Assembly: GCA_020619395.1 (NCBI GenBank)
Contig: GCA_020619395.1_4860.1
Origin: a phage
Reading direction: 5' to 3' (one strand)
DNA length: 64,000 bases
Below the pieces are notes generated by a model. The model saw nothing but the letters and a program-made list of their open reading frames with translations, was not told the origin of the DNA and ran no database searches. The position numbers and the translations under genes are program-made. How positions within the stretch are numbered: the first letter of the stretch is position 1; every line of letters begins with the position of its first letter. Shown piece after piece: positions 29,164-38,658 of this stretch.

Positions 29164-29176
29164 GGTATTTACTCCA

Positions 29177-30100
29177 TTACGGTAAGACTAATTCAAAAGC
29201 AAAGAATATCGTGGCCGAGTTCCCGACACCTGCGGTGTTACTAATCCCCATAGGCACGGTGCCATACGCATAAGCGAATATGTTGTTGCTCCACAAAGGA
29301 GCTAATACAGCGGCACCTGACTCATTCGGCTGCGCAGTCGCGCCTTGTCTTTCAAGTGAGTCAATCGCACCAAGACCGAGGGCTGCGTACTGTGCACCGA
29401 CAGGATACAAACGGCCCATTGTGTTTCGCCATTCACCGTTGTTGTAATCCTGTCCTGAGAGTGCCGCGTCGTACGGGACTGCGTAAGGTAATCGGATACG
29501 GTACGTACGACCATCCTTCGTGACCTTACAATCTTGTTTAGTCGCCGTGGCTCCCTGCGGAACAATACTTCCGACATCATCGGTCCCGTACATCATGCCG
29601 TACTGATACGCCATTTGTACCGAGTTGCTTTTCGAATGCATCGTCGCTGGGAAGAAGACAATTCGCCCACGGAAAATAAACTTGTGCCATTCCTGAGGGT
29701 CGTAAGTAAACATGTTTCCCTGCTGCGCGGTTAACATGAGTTTTAACTCGGCAGTATTAAAGAACTCGGTATTAGATACCGTACCGAAATAGCCTGACGC
29801 CCAATCGCCACGCAAAATAGTTTGTGGCCCCGGTCCAGTGTCCGGATAGAACCCTTGCGTAATCGGATTGCCGATAAGTCGTTCACTATCTTTCACAGCA
29901 GCTACCCAGTAACGATAAGTTGTATTCTTCGTCAGGGTATCGATATTATCTACGAACTCTACCGCGCTACCGGATAAGGTGGCGTGGGGTGTACCTGGGT
30001 TGTAAACGTCGATTGTTGCGTTCCATCCTTCCTTGCGGTAGATTTCAATCGCGGTAAGACCTTTGCTGGCTTGGGACGGCCAGCTTAACCGTATAGTCAT
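29177..30100 (-). CDS. Fibre-module paralog type A, triad 1 (307 aa)
   Basis: GPGPQTILRGDWASGYFG..EFF..HKFIFRGRIVFF central domain; AAGGGG RBS. Confidence 0.7.
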   Translation of the reverse strand: MTIRLSWPSQASKGLTAIEIYRKEGWNATIDVYNPGTPHATLSGSAVEFVDNIDTLTKNTTYRYWVAAVKDSERLIGNPITQGFYPDTGPGPQTILRGDWASGYFGTVSNTEFFNTAELKLMLTAQQGNMFTYDPQEWHKFIFRGRIVFFPATMHSKSNSVQMAYQYGMMYGTDDVGSIVPQGATATKQDCKVTKDGRTYRIRLPYAVPYDAALSGQDYNNGEWRNTMGRLYPVGAQYAALGLGAIDSLERQGATAQPNESGAAVLAPLWSNNIFAYAYGTVPMGISNTAGVGNSATIFFAFELVLP

Positions 30101-30109
30101 GACTGCCCC

Positions 30110-31108
30110 TTACTCGACCAGTTCAAAGATAGGGTAGTAGCGCCCTTTCGTGGTGGGTGATAAATAGTTTATACGCTGAATCGTGGATACGGGTGTTCCA
30201 CCGGCATTGTTAAAAATACCACGATGGAGCACACGGTCTTCCGCGGTATCGTGTTCCATACAGAGAACACCACCGCCGAAATACTGTGCCAAGGTTCCCA
30301 AAGTACCTTGCCCCAGATAAGTATAACCGATTGTTGCCCAGTTAGCCCAACGCTGTTTCTTCGGCACCTCGTTAACCATCGTGTAAAGTAAATCGTTATA
30401 CTCACACGGGTTGGTTAGAGAAGCGATTTCATCATGGGTTTTCCCATTATAGTCAGCTACGAAAGGATACGCAGGAGGCTCGCTAGACATCGTCAGGCCG
30501 CGAGGAAGACGCATGATGTACGTATCCCCTTTGTGGACTATCTTAGCGTCTTGTGGAGTGGCCGGTAGCGTTCCATGGCCGTTCTCTGGACCAGCATCGC
30601 CCGTACCATAGACTAAACCAGCTTGATAGAGGGAAGCCCAGTCCACAGGCGTATTCGGGAACTGCGACGTGCTAGATAGCATGTAATAGATCTTCCCGTT
30701 TCGGGTAAATTTATACAACGCCACACGATCGGTTAGTAGGTTAGGGAACATCGCCAAAAATGCAGGTGGCATTTGCGACGGAAGCCACTGTTCGTCGTAA
30801 GGAACCGCACCCATAAACCCTAAACGGTCGTCACCGTTTAGAATAGTCATTGGACCGATCCCACGCTTTATCTCAATGGTGTATTTCTGGCTAGACGATG
30901 CCACTGTTTTACCGTTGGCGGTTACCGTCAGAAGGTAATAATAGGTTGCGCCTGGTGTGGCGGTGGTATCACGCCATTCTGTCTCGCCATTTGAGAGCGT
31001 TGCAATCGGTTCAGGCAAAGCGCTTGGTGTGATATCTTTAACATCACGGTAGATTTTTACTACCGTAGGGATTACGTTTGGATTTTTCCAACGCAAAGTA
31101 AAAGACAT
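30110..31108 (-). CDS. Fibre-module paralog type B, triad 1 (332 aa)
   Basis: MSFTLRWKNPNVIPTVVKIYRD.. homologous to the other B copies. Confidence 0.7.
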   Translation of the reverse strand: MSFTLRWKNPNVIPTVVKIYRDVKDITPSALPEPIATLSNGETEWRDTTATPGATYYYLLTVTANGKTVASSSQKYTIEIKRGIGPMTILNGDDRLGFMGAVPYDEQWLPSQMPPAFLAMFPNLLTDRVALYKFTRNGKIYYMLSSTSQFPNTPVDWASLYQAGLVYGTGDAGPENGHGTLPATPQDAKIVHKGDTYIMRLPRGLTMSSEPPAYPFVADYNGKTHDEIASLTNPCEYNDLLYTMVNEVPKKQRWANWATIGYTYLGQGTLGTLAQYFGGGVLCMEHDTAEDRVLHRGIFNNAGGTPVSTIQRINYLSPTTKGRYYPIFELVE

Positions 31109-31119
31109 AGATGATACCT

Positions 31120-32532
31120 CTACTTAAAGCCGTCCAGTTCACCGTTAAGAGACGTTAACGTTGTCTTGTCAGGGGGCGTATACATTTCAGCGGTAGCCGC
31201 AATAGGTTGGAAGTCGACTGTCTTCGGCAGCATTAAAGCAGGCGGATGCAGTGCGAAACTGTTTTCTGAAGTAACAACTACCGGTTCGAAATCGGTAGTA
31301 TCCGGATTACCGAGCACTAACGGCTTGAGACTAAATGTGTTTTCTGCGGACACGCTGCACGGTTGGAGACTGTAATCTGCCGTACCGTGGATATCTTCTA
31401 AACCCAAGGTAACTGTGGACTTATCCACCAACTCCAGCACCGGGAACCAGTAGTAGTTGCCCGCACTCGATGATTTTTCTAAGTTTGTCCAACTTGCTCC
31501 AGACAACGTCGCCATGCGATGATTGGCGACGTTGGTCTTCAGTGTATCTTTCAATAAACAGAACAGCGTCCAGTAACTGTTAATCGGTTTGTCCCACGTT
31601 CCATTATACAGAAAGTTGAACATCTCAAACTCACTACCTGCTAACTCAGCGGCAGTTGGGGTGCCGCTGACGTATGGGTCTTTCCCGGCACTAGGTAGAC
31701 GAACGCGGAAGTAAAACCTTTTGTTGTCTGCGCCTGTAAAGCTAATGATGCGTCCCTGGTTAACGGGCGTCGCCGCAGGGTATTTACCATTATCGTCTGT
31801 TCCGTAAACGAGTCCGTTTGTATATAACGTATTCCAGGAGATGGAGCTAGCGACAGGACTGATCGGAAGGTAAATAACCCTACCCTGGTAAAAGAACTTG
31901 TACCAACCTTCGGCACCAGAATGTACCGGTGGTAACGCACCGGCCGATATAGTGGCATTAAGAAGTTGAGAGTGTGTAAACAACTCTGCAGTTCTGGTTG
32001 TTCCGAAATAACCCGCGATAGTGTTACCTTGCAGCAACGTTTTAGGGCCAGGTCCAGAATCGGGGTAAATTGCACCACTCGGGACGGTATAACGTATCGT
32101 TAAGCTGCCTGTAAACGCAGGGCAATTGCCTGAGATATTTAATTTCAACGTCTGCGGCGAAACGCTCGGTTTAGGTAAACTTGCGTCAGGTGACTGCAAA
32201 TCAGAAGCAACTAATGTAAGCCCCAATGCGTCGTTTATTGCAGGTAGCGCGTCTCGTACCGTTAAGACTGTATCTTTGATAGCCACAGTCGGCACAAAAT
32301 TAAATAAAGTGGCCAGGTTAATCCGGTCGTAGTACACGGTAACATTACCTTGTACACCTGTCCCTGGATACCCGGTGAAAACAGCTTTGGTGTTACGTTG
32401 GTTTAACGTAACTGAAGTTGGGCCACTGGTTAAAGCAGCGATAGCCGGCGTCAGCTTAACAACTAAATCAGGGTTATCCCGATTGACTTGGTCGTATACA
32501 AGCAGTGCCGACTCCTTCGAGTAAAATAGCAT
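31120..32532 (-). CDS. Fibre-module paralog type C, triad 1 (470 aa)
   Basis: VNRDNPDL..RNTKAVFTGYPGTG..VYYDRINLATLF N-terminal module; C-terminal LNGELDGFK. Confidence 0.7.
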   Translation of the reverse strand: MLFYSKESALLVYDQVNRDNPDLVVKLTPAIAALTSGPTSVTLNQRNTKAVFTGYPGTGVQGNVTVYYDRINLATLFNFVPTVAIKDTVLTVRDALPAINDALGLTLVASDLQSPDASLPKPSVSPQTLKLNISGNCPAFTGSLTIRYTVPSGAIYPDSGPGPKTLLQGNTIAGYFGTTRTAELFTHSQLLNATISAGALPPVHSGAEGWYKFFYQGRVIYLPISPVASSISWNTLYTNGLVYGTDDNGKYPAATPVNQGRIISFTGADNKRFYFRVRLPSAGKDPYVSGTPTAAELAGSEFEMFNFLYNGTWDKPINSYWTLFCLLKDTLKTNVANHRMATLSGASWTNLEKSSSAGNYYWFPVLELVDKSTVTLGLEDIHGTADYSLQPCSVSAENTFSLKPLVLGNPDTTDFEPVVVTSENSFALHPPALMLPKTVDFQPIAATAEMYTPPDKTTLTSLNGELDGFK

Positions 32533-32545
32533 AGGGACTCCGCAT

Positions 32546-32576
32546 CGCCAAAAGAGGGGGGCTCCGAAGAGCCCCT
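32546..32576 (-). terminator. Hairpin terminator between short-paralog genes and triad 1
   Basis: Minus-strand GGGGCTC-TTCG-GAGCCCC followed by CCTCTTTTGG. Confidence 0.45.
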
Positions 32577-32580
32577 ACAC

Positions 32581-33408
32581 TTAGCTGTTATAGTGGTAGT
32601 ACGCCACGCCTTTCACGCCTTCCTCATCGATACCCGTTTGGATAACCACGCGGTCGTACGATTTGTTAGCGAACTGAGCGGTGGATGTCGGCACATCCTG
32701 AACGGTGTTACTGTTCAGTGGCCCCGCGTAGTTCGGAATACCCAGGTCATCCAACACCTTACGCAAACCAGCCCACTGCGGTAGGCCAGAAGCATCTACT
32801 GTCAGTAGGTTTTTATACGCGGTAAAGTCAATACCGTACGTCAACAAATCAATACACTTCTTACCGAGAGACGGTGAAATAGGCTCTTGAATCGCATTCA
32901 AGACATCTGATTTCACCGAAGTGTCTAGTACCGGTAAACCACGGTTATAACGCAACGTCGCAGAACCGATATAAGCCGGAGATGTCGATAGCGCTGCAAT
33001 GGTCTGTGTATTGGTGTAATTTGGGGTATTGGCACCAAACAGTGAGTAGTTTTGGATATCGATTGCGGAGAAGTTTACTCCGTAAGTATCCAAGAGCACC
33101 GAAAAGGCTGAGTGGAGGTTGGGCGCGTCAAACGTGACGAACTGCGCCTGGACAGAAGGACCCCACGGCAATAACCGCGCTAAGTTCACACGGTCGTAGT
33201 AAACGGTGATTGCGTCTCGAAATCCGGAACCCTGAATACCGCGCAAGCGTGCCGACGTATTGCGGTTGTTGGAAGCTGCATTAACGGGAACCTGCGTCAC
33301 TTTCTCCACGTAGCAGTTTGCCGGCGACGCTTTAATAGGTAGGTTTGGGTTATCCCGGTTAATGAGGTCAAAGACCAACTCGTTTGACGGCTTAGCATAG
33401 TTGATCAT
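32581..33408 (-). CDS. Fibre-module family short paralog (275 aa)
   Basis: ATG 33408 (tracked TTG 33411). N-terminal module INRDNPNL..RNTSARLRGIQGSGF..VYYDRVNLARLL; C-terminal YYHYNS. Confidence 0.65.
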   Translation of the reverse strand: MINYAKPSNELVFDLINRDNPNLPIKASPANCYVEKVTQVPVNAASNNRNTSARLRGIQGSGFRDAITVYYDRVNLARLLPWGPSVQAQFVTFDAPNLHSAFSVLLDTYGVNFSAIDIQNYSLFGANTPNYTNTQTIAALSTSPAYIGSATLRYNRGLPVLDTSVKSDVLNAIQEPISPSLGKKCIDLLTYGIDFTAYKNLLTVDASGLPQWAGLRKVLDDLGIPNYAGPLNSNTVQDVPTSTAQFANKSYDRVVIQTGIDEEGVKGVAYYHYNS

Positions 33409-33411
33409 CAA

Positions 33412-34299
33412 TTATACCTCGCTTGGATCGTCCAGATCGTTGAACTGGAGATACAACGTTCCGACGATGGTGGTACAGGTAACAGGCAGTTTCAACACCA
33501 GCGCATACTTGTACTTCGCGTTTGTCGGCATTGCAACAGGGTCATTCAGACCAACGCTGATAACCTCCGCGCCCGCCAAACCGTAGGAAGCGGAGGTGGT
33601 CGCTACCCATGCAGTACCCGTGATATCTTTCAGCAGGTTAACCATATCCGTTAACGGCTGTCCGGACAGAATACCCGGCACGTATGCCAGCAACTCATCA
33701 CGGTATTTGGTGAAGTTGTACGGGTAGGAATAAACCTCTGCAATGACCGCAGTAACGGTTTCGGAACCCATCTGACCGTTCGGGTATTTCAGACCGGTCA
33801 GGACGTTAGTGGTGACCGCAGAGACTAACGACTCATCGCCTTTCACGACTTTAAATGTCGCCTGTCCAACCCAACCGATAGACTCAGGATGTGCAACAAC
33901 ACGCACAGTTCCTTCGGTCTTATCACCGTTCCATTCGATATCTGCGTCCTGCAGGTCAGCTTCTTCCAGAACAAAACCGTAACGTTGGTTCAGTCCAGGA
34001 ATGGCCGCATACAAGGTTTCGTTGGATGGGCCGATCGCCAACGTGTCACCAATCAGCACTAACAAGTCTTCGATTTTCATGCGGTTGTAGAAGACATTTT
34101 TCTTACCCGACCAGGTAGAGCCCGTTACCCCATCTGCCGTAATTTTAATTTGCGTGTTACGGTTAGTCAGCGTTTCCTTCTCCGTACCACGGATGTCCTT
34201 TGGCGAGGACCAGATGATGTCAGTCATCTTAACAGCAAGCGAGTTCTGTGCGTTCACTGCTGCCAACAGGACGTCTTTAGAAGGTTGATAAATAGCCAT
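33412..34299 (-). CDS. Fibre-module family short paralog (295 aa)
   Basis: N-terminal module (NRNTQIKITADGVTG..FYNRMKIEDLL); C-terminus LYLQFNDLDDPSEV. Confidence 0.65.
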   Translation of the reverse strand: MAIYQPSKDVLLAAVNAQNSLAVKMTDIIWSSPKDIRGTEKETLTNRNTQIKITADGVTGSTWSGKKNVFYNRMKIEDLLVLIGDTLAIGPSNETLYAAIPGLNQRYGFVLEEADLQDADIEWNGDKTEGTVRVVAHPESIGWVGQATFKVVKGDESLVSAVTTNVLTGLKYPNGQMGSETVTAVIAEVYSYPYNFTKYRDELLAYVPGILSGQPLTDMVNLLKDITGTAWVATTSASYGLAGAEVISVGLNDPVAMPTNAKYKYALVLKLPVTCTTIVGTLYLQFNDLDDPSEV

Positions 34300-34309
34300 T
34301 CGCTAATTC

Positions 34310-35149
34310 CTAGTTGTTGTAGTGCAACATACACTCGCCGATTACTTTCGGGTCGTTCTGAATGCCGGTAATCAGCAATACGTTATCGTACGCTTTATTG
34401 GCGGTCGCCAACTCACTCGTTTTGTAGCGGGTAATTGTGCAGTTCGTCGGATCAAACGACGGTACCCCACGTGCGACCAATGTGGCCATCAGATTGGACG
34501 TGTAACCCAAATCAAAGTTACTTCCTACGTCCATTCGCCCGTTCTTAAACGAGGCCATAACCTGCACTTCATCAGTAAAGTCTTCCCCGTACGTCAAGAA
34601 GCCCATGTATTTCTTACCAGTGCTTGCTGCTGCAGGGTGGTTCAAAGCCGACAAGATGTCGTTTACCACGAGGTCTTCGAGACTATTCTTACCCCGGATA
34701 GACATAAAGGTGATGCTGCCAGTGTATTGGATACAGCTAGCGTTAATGCGCATCGTGTTGTTTACGTTCAGATAAACGTATTGTTCTGGGATATCGTCTG
34801 CAACCAGGTTTAATCCATAACGACCGTTCAGGTTCTGCGCAAACGCAGTACGTTTCGACTCCACGTTCAACCAACCGTAGGCATTCGGTGCAGTTACCTG
34901 AGGTGTCATGTTCTTAAATAAGTCGTTCAGCGACAAGCGCTTATAACGGAACGTCTGAGGACCGATATAGCCACGACCTTGACGACCACGAATGATAATC
35001 TCAGTATTGGCACCGCTTGCTGTCGGTGTGATTGCTTTCGGCGTACCGATGATAGCATTGTCTAAACCCATCGGTAGAACAGCATCCGGGTTTTCGGCAT
35101 TAATCGCATCGTACAGATATTGTCGCTGAGACAGACTATATAAAGCCAT
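34310..35149 (-). CDS. Fibre-module family short paralog (279 aa)
   Basis: ATG 35149 (MALYSLSQ..) with GAGGAGG 5 nt upstream; tracked 35167 start would translate the RBS. C-terminal MLHYNN. Confidence 0.65.
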   Translation of the reverse strand: MALYSLSQRQYLYDAINAENPDAVLPMGLDNAIIGTPKAITPTASGANTEIIIRGRQGRGYIGPQTFRYKRLSLNDLFKNMTPQVTAPNAYGWLNVESKRTAFAQNLNGRYGLNLVADDIPEQYVYLNVNNTMRINASCIQYTGSITFMSIRGKNSLEDLVVNDILSALNHPAAASTGKKYMGFLTYGEDFTDEVQVMASFKNGRMDVGSNFDLGYTSNLMATLVARGVPSFDPTNCTITRYKTSELATANKAYDNVLLITGIQNDPKVIGECMLHYNN

Positions 35150-35167
35150 AATAGCCTCCTCGGCCAA

Positions 35168-35206
35168 AAAAGAAAGGAGTAGCCAGGAGGAGGATTTCCT
35201 CCTCCC
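35168..35206 (-). terminator. Hairpin terminator-like element
   Basis: GGAGGAGG-ATTT-CCTCCTCC stem-loop; U-run begins 9 nt downstream on minus strand. Confidence 0.35.
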
Positions 35207-35218
35207 AGCGAGGCCTAA

Positions 35219-36130
35219 TTAGGCATTAAAGTGCAGGTACATGACGCCCTGGAAGTTGGTGCACAGAGTGTCATCCAGCTGCAGCAGCAGAACCTGGTTG
35301 TAAGCAGTGTTTGCACCTTCAACCGGTTTCTTAGGATCGTCGCCTGAAGCAGTGCCATCGTCAGTAGTAGAACCAACGTACAACACGTTAGCACCTTTCA
35401 GGTTATAATCCGCAGGCTCATCAGATGCAACCCACAGTTCCGGCACAACTTTATTCAGCTCAACCGGGAATGCAGAGTCGCCAGCGATAACACCTTTCGC
35501 CTGTACTTTCAGGAATGCTGCGATTGCTGTGCAGTCTACACCGTAAGAGTAGATGTAGCCCTGACCCTTCGCTTCGCTTGGACCATCTGGGTAAACCAGG
35601 CCGTCGAGCTTGGTTTGTGTTACCACCAGACTCAGACGTTCACCAACCTGAGGCTTAGCACCGATTTTAACCGGGATGCTGCCCAGATATGCGTAGCAGT
35701 CTTCTTTGAAGGTAATGACATGGTCAACCGGTGCTGGGTCCGGATCGTTCGGGTTAGTCAGCGGCGGGTTGGTATTTTCCGGAATAGCCGCCGGAACGAT
35801 ATCGTCTTCGGTCAGCTTCAATCCATATTGGTTGTTCAGGGTCGTCAGCAGGTCTGTGGTGGTTTTCGGCAGTTTAACGTCGAGGTATGCTGTTACGTTA
35901 CGGAACAGCGCACCGCCTTCCAGGCGATTATAAGTCACGTCCTGAGTACCGATGTACCCGGAGTTCTTTTTCGCAGTCAGGGTCATGCTGGTATTGCGAT
36001 CGGCACCTCCATCGATAATAGGGGTCGGTGTGCCGAGCGTTATTTTAGAAAGTTCCAGTTCTGCGTCTGGGTTTTTCTCATTAATAAAATCCAGAACCAG
36101 CTGATCGGACGTTTTGTTTAAAGGTTTCAT
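35219..36130 (-). CDS. Fibre-module family short paralog (303 aa)
   Basis: N-terminal module (INEKNPDAEL..DRNTSMTLTAKKNSGYIG..TYNRLEGGALF); C-terminal MYLHFNA. Confidence 0.65.
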   Translation of the reverse strand: MKPLNKTSDQLVLDFINEKNPDAELELSKITLGTPTPIIDGGADRNTSMTLTAKKNSGYIGTQDVTYNRLEGGALFRNVTAYLDVKLPKTTTDLLTTLNNQYGLKLTEDDIVPAAIPENTNPPLTNPNDPDPAPVDHVITFKEDCYAYLGSIPVKIGAKPQVGERLSLVVTQTKLDGLVYPDGPSEAKGQGYIYSYGVDCTAIAAFLKVQAKGVIAGDSAFPVELNKVVPELWVASDEPADYNLKGANVLYVGSTTDDGTASGDDPKKPVEGANTAYNQVLLLQLDDTLCTNFQGVMYLHFNA

Positions 36131-36151
36131 TCTTACTTCCTTTACTCAGGA

Positions 36152-36997
36152 TTAATCAGGGTCGTTGTAGTGCAAATACAAACGCCCGCCAAAATTCAGA
36201 CAGTACAACGACAGCTCCACAATCAGCACGTTGTCGACTGCTGGGTTGGTTGGTAATTCCGCTTTGTTACGCCCGTTATAGACGACGACGGCTTCACGAA
36301 GGTTAAAGTCGATTGGGTTACGGTACGTTGTCCAGTTATCACCGGTGACCGTTTTGAGAATCTGTGCCAGACGTTCTGCGGTTATCGCAGCACCTAGTCG
36401 TTGAAATTCCTCCGCGAAATTATCAAAGCGCCAGGGATACGAATAAACTGCACCTTGACCGACCTTGATGTTAAAATACGGATACTCGTAAGGTGTTACT
36501 GTTAAGGGTTCGAAGTTTGCAGGAAGCAACGCATCGCCTGGTAACAGCTGTACCTGTTGTTGCCCTATCCAACCTAAAGAAGTGGGCGTGGCAATCAGAT
36601 CCACACGCCATGTCTTCCTGTCGATTTCGGTATTCACCACATCTGCAGGTTTAAGGCTGAGACCGTAATACTGGTTAATTAACCCGACCACGTCATGCAT
36701 CTGGTAAACGGCATCGAGACGTGCAGGAACACGTAGAGGTTGAATCCCGTCTGGGTCGGTAAACATGTCTGCGAAGTCAACACGATCGTAATACACGGTA
36801 GTGGCACCGATAGCATTAGCGGTGGCCAATGCCTGAATGCGCACCATCGCGTTATGACCATTGGCTTTTGCCAGGTCTTCGTCAGACGTCGGAATCGCAG
36901 GGACACCGAAAACCACATCTTCGACTTTTAAATCGAGATTGTTTTCGACGTTAACCTCCGCGATAATAATCTTTTCAGCAGTGGCTAAAAGTGGCAT
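36152..36997 (-). CDS. Fibre-module family short paralog (281 aa)
   Basis: Divergent N-terminal module ..TTVYYDRVDFADMF; C-terminal LYLHYNDPD. Confidence 0.6.
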   Translation of the reverse strand: MPLLATAEKIIIAEVNVENNLDLKVEDVVFGVPAIPTSDEDLAKANGHNAMVRIQALATANAIGATTVYYDRVDFADMFTDPDGIQPLRVPARLDAVYQMHDVVGLINQYYGLSLKPADVVNTEIDRKTWRVDLIATPTSLGWIGQQQVQLLPGDALLPANFEPLTVTPYEYPYFNIKVGQGAVYSYPWRFDNFAEEFQRLGAAITAERLAQILKTVTGDNWTTYRNPIDFNLREAVVVYNGRNKAELPTNPAVDNVLIVELSLYCLNFGGRLYLHYNDPD

Positions 36998-37007
36998 GTC
37001 AAAATCC

Positions 37008-37850
37008 TTATATCGGGAGATAGTGAAGGATGAGATTACCGGCGTAGTTGCTGTCCGCAGCTAGCTTGATAATCGCCACACGCTGATAATCGGGGTTGTA
37101 ACTATCGTTCGGTGTGACTGAAGTTATCCCCATAAATCGCGCACCTTGGAGTGCAATTTGTTCAGGTTGCGCAGTCGCCCCCGTCACATATGCAAACTTT
37201 AATGGCACCACTTCGTTCAGCAATTCAACATCCGCCGCGGTGATTGCGCGGTTGTAAGCCCAATCGGTAGTGAACTGTTTTTGCAGTTCAGTCCAATCGT
37301 AACCATACGCCACATACTCAGCCTGTGGTTTACTAGCAACCACGAACGGCGCGATAATTGCGCTGAGGTCAACATCCGTCACCACATCCGCCAAGTTCGG
37401 GAAGAACTTCGCAAAGCGTAAACGGAAACCACCTTGCCAGGCCAAGCAACCAGGCTTAATAGTCACATCGATTAACCAGCTTTCTCCCAAATCTTTTACT
37501 GACTGGTCAACGATATCGTCGGCAACTAAAGACAAGCCGTATTTCGCATTCAGAAACGGCAACAACTCAGAGAGTTTATTTACCGGGTCGGCAACGACTA
37601 CCGGTATTACGTTCCTGAACAGAATTTCCATTTCGATACGGTCGTATTCGAGCGTAACGTTGCCTTTGTAGCCCTTGCCGTTCAACCCGTATAAGAGCAC
37701 ACGCGTATTCCGGTCAGCGCCAGGCGTTTGGACAGACTCAGGGAAGCCAGTTGCAACCTGCTCCCATGTGAGTGGATTGGCCGTTAATCCGTTCTGTCGG
37801 TTAATAGCATCTAACAACATCTCTTTCGAGGGCTTATCGTAAATAGACAC
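37008..37850 (-). CDS. Fibre-module family short paralog (280 aa)
   Basis: GTG start with AGGAGG 8 nt upstream. INRQNGL..DRNTRVLLYGLNGKGYKG..EYDRIEMEILF; C-terminal LILHYLPI. Confidence 0.65.
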   Translation of the reverse strand: MSIYDKPSKEMLLDAINRQNGLTANPLTWEQVATGFPESVQTPGADRNTRVLLYGLNGKGYKGNVTLEYDRIEMEILFRNVIPVVVADPVNKLSELLPFLNAKYGLSLVADDIVDQSVKDLGESWLIDVTIKPGCLAWQGGFRLRFAKFFPNLADVVTDVDLSAIIAPFVVASKPQAEYVAYGYDWTELQKQFTTDWAYNRAITAADVELLNEVVPLKFAYVTGATAQPEQIALQGARFMGITSVTPNDSYNPDYQRVAIIKLAADSNYAGNLILHYLPI

Positions 37851-37860
37851 CTATACCCTC

Positions 37861-38658
37861 CTAGTTGTTAAAGTGTAGGTTGAGGCTGCCCTGGAAGTTC
37901 GTACATTTATCGGTCAGTTGCACTGACACGACTTTCGCGAACGCCGTATTTGCTCCCGGCAAGTCTGCAGGTACGCCGTCGAATACGACAGTGGCACCAC
38001 GCAGGTTATACGGGGATGGGGTATCTTCAGCTACCCAAATCTCAGGAACACATTTGTTGAGTTCGATTGCCAACGCCGTGTCATCTACCTCGATACCGAC
38101 CGCTAAGAGGCTCAGGAAACGAGAGATGTGGCTACAATCGATGTCACGCGAATAGATATACGCCTGACCCAACTGGATGTCCTGGTGATCCGGGTACAGA
38201 AGACCGCTCAACTCTGTATTGGTTACTACTTCTGCCAGAGGTGTAGCAGGTTTCAGCTCGATGACCGCTTGACTTCGCCACTCGTGGGAAGTTTCAACAG
38301 CAACGACTGTGTGCGTCTGTCCATCAATGGGGTTATCTTCGATATCCTCAGGTAAGATAGACAGATTAAAACGCTCGTTAATCGCCGCGAGTAAGTCGTG
38401 CGTGGTTTGCACGTCCTCGTCTCCAAAGGCAACATCGCCTTTAAGGTAGTCCTCTAATGGACGACGATGGTAGTCCACAATCACTTGCGTACCTTCATCA
38501 CCGCGCATCTTCGAGGTAAGGACTACCTCCGAATCACGACCGTCTACTGACACAACCTCCGGCAGTCCGATATCAACATCGTCAAAGGTAAGCGGTGGGC
38601 TTATCTTATTCTCTTCGTTGATGAGTTTTAGCAGATTCTGTTTTGAAGTAAAAGACAT
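37861..38658 (-). CDS. Fibre-module family short paralog, first gene of array (265 aa)
   Basis: ATG 38658 preceded by palindrome TTAACTCGAGTTAA and no clear SD; C-terminal LNLHFNN. Confidence 0.6.
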   Translation of the reverse strand: MSFTSKQNLLKLINEENKISPPLTFDDVDIGLPEVVSVDGRDSEVVLTSKMRGDEGTQVIVDYHRRPLEDYLKGDVAFGDEDVQTTHDLLAAINERFNLSILPEDIEDNPIDGQTHTVVAVETSHEWRSQAVIELKPATPLAEVVTNTELSGLLYPDHQDIQLGQAYIYSRDIDCSHISRFLSLLAVGIEVDDTALAIELNKCVPEIWVAEDTPSPYNLRGATVVFDGVPADLPGANTAFAKVVSVQLTDKCTNFQGSLNLHFNN

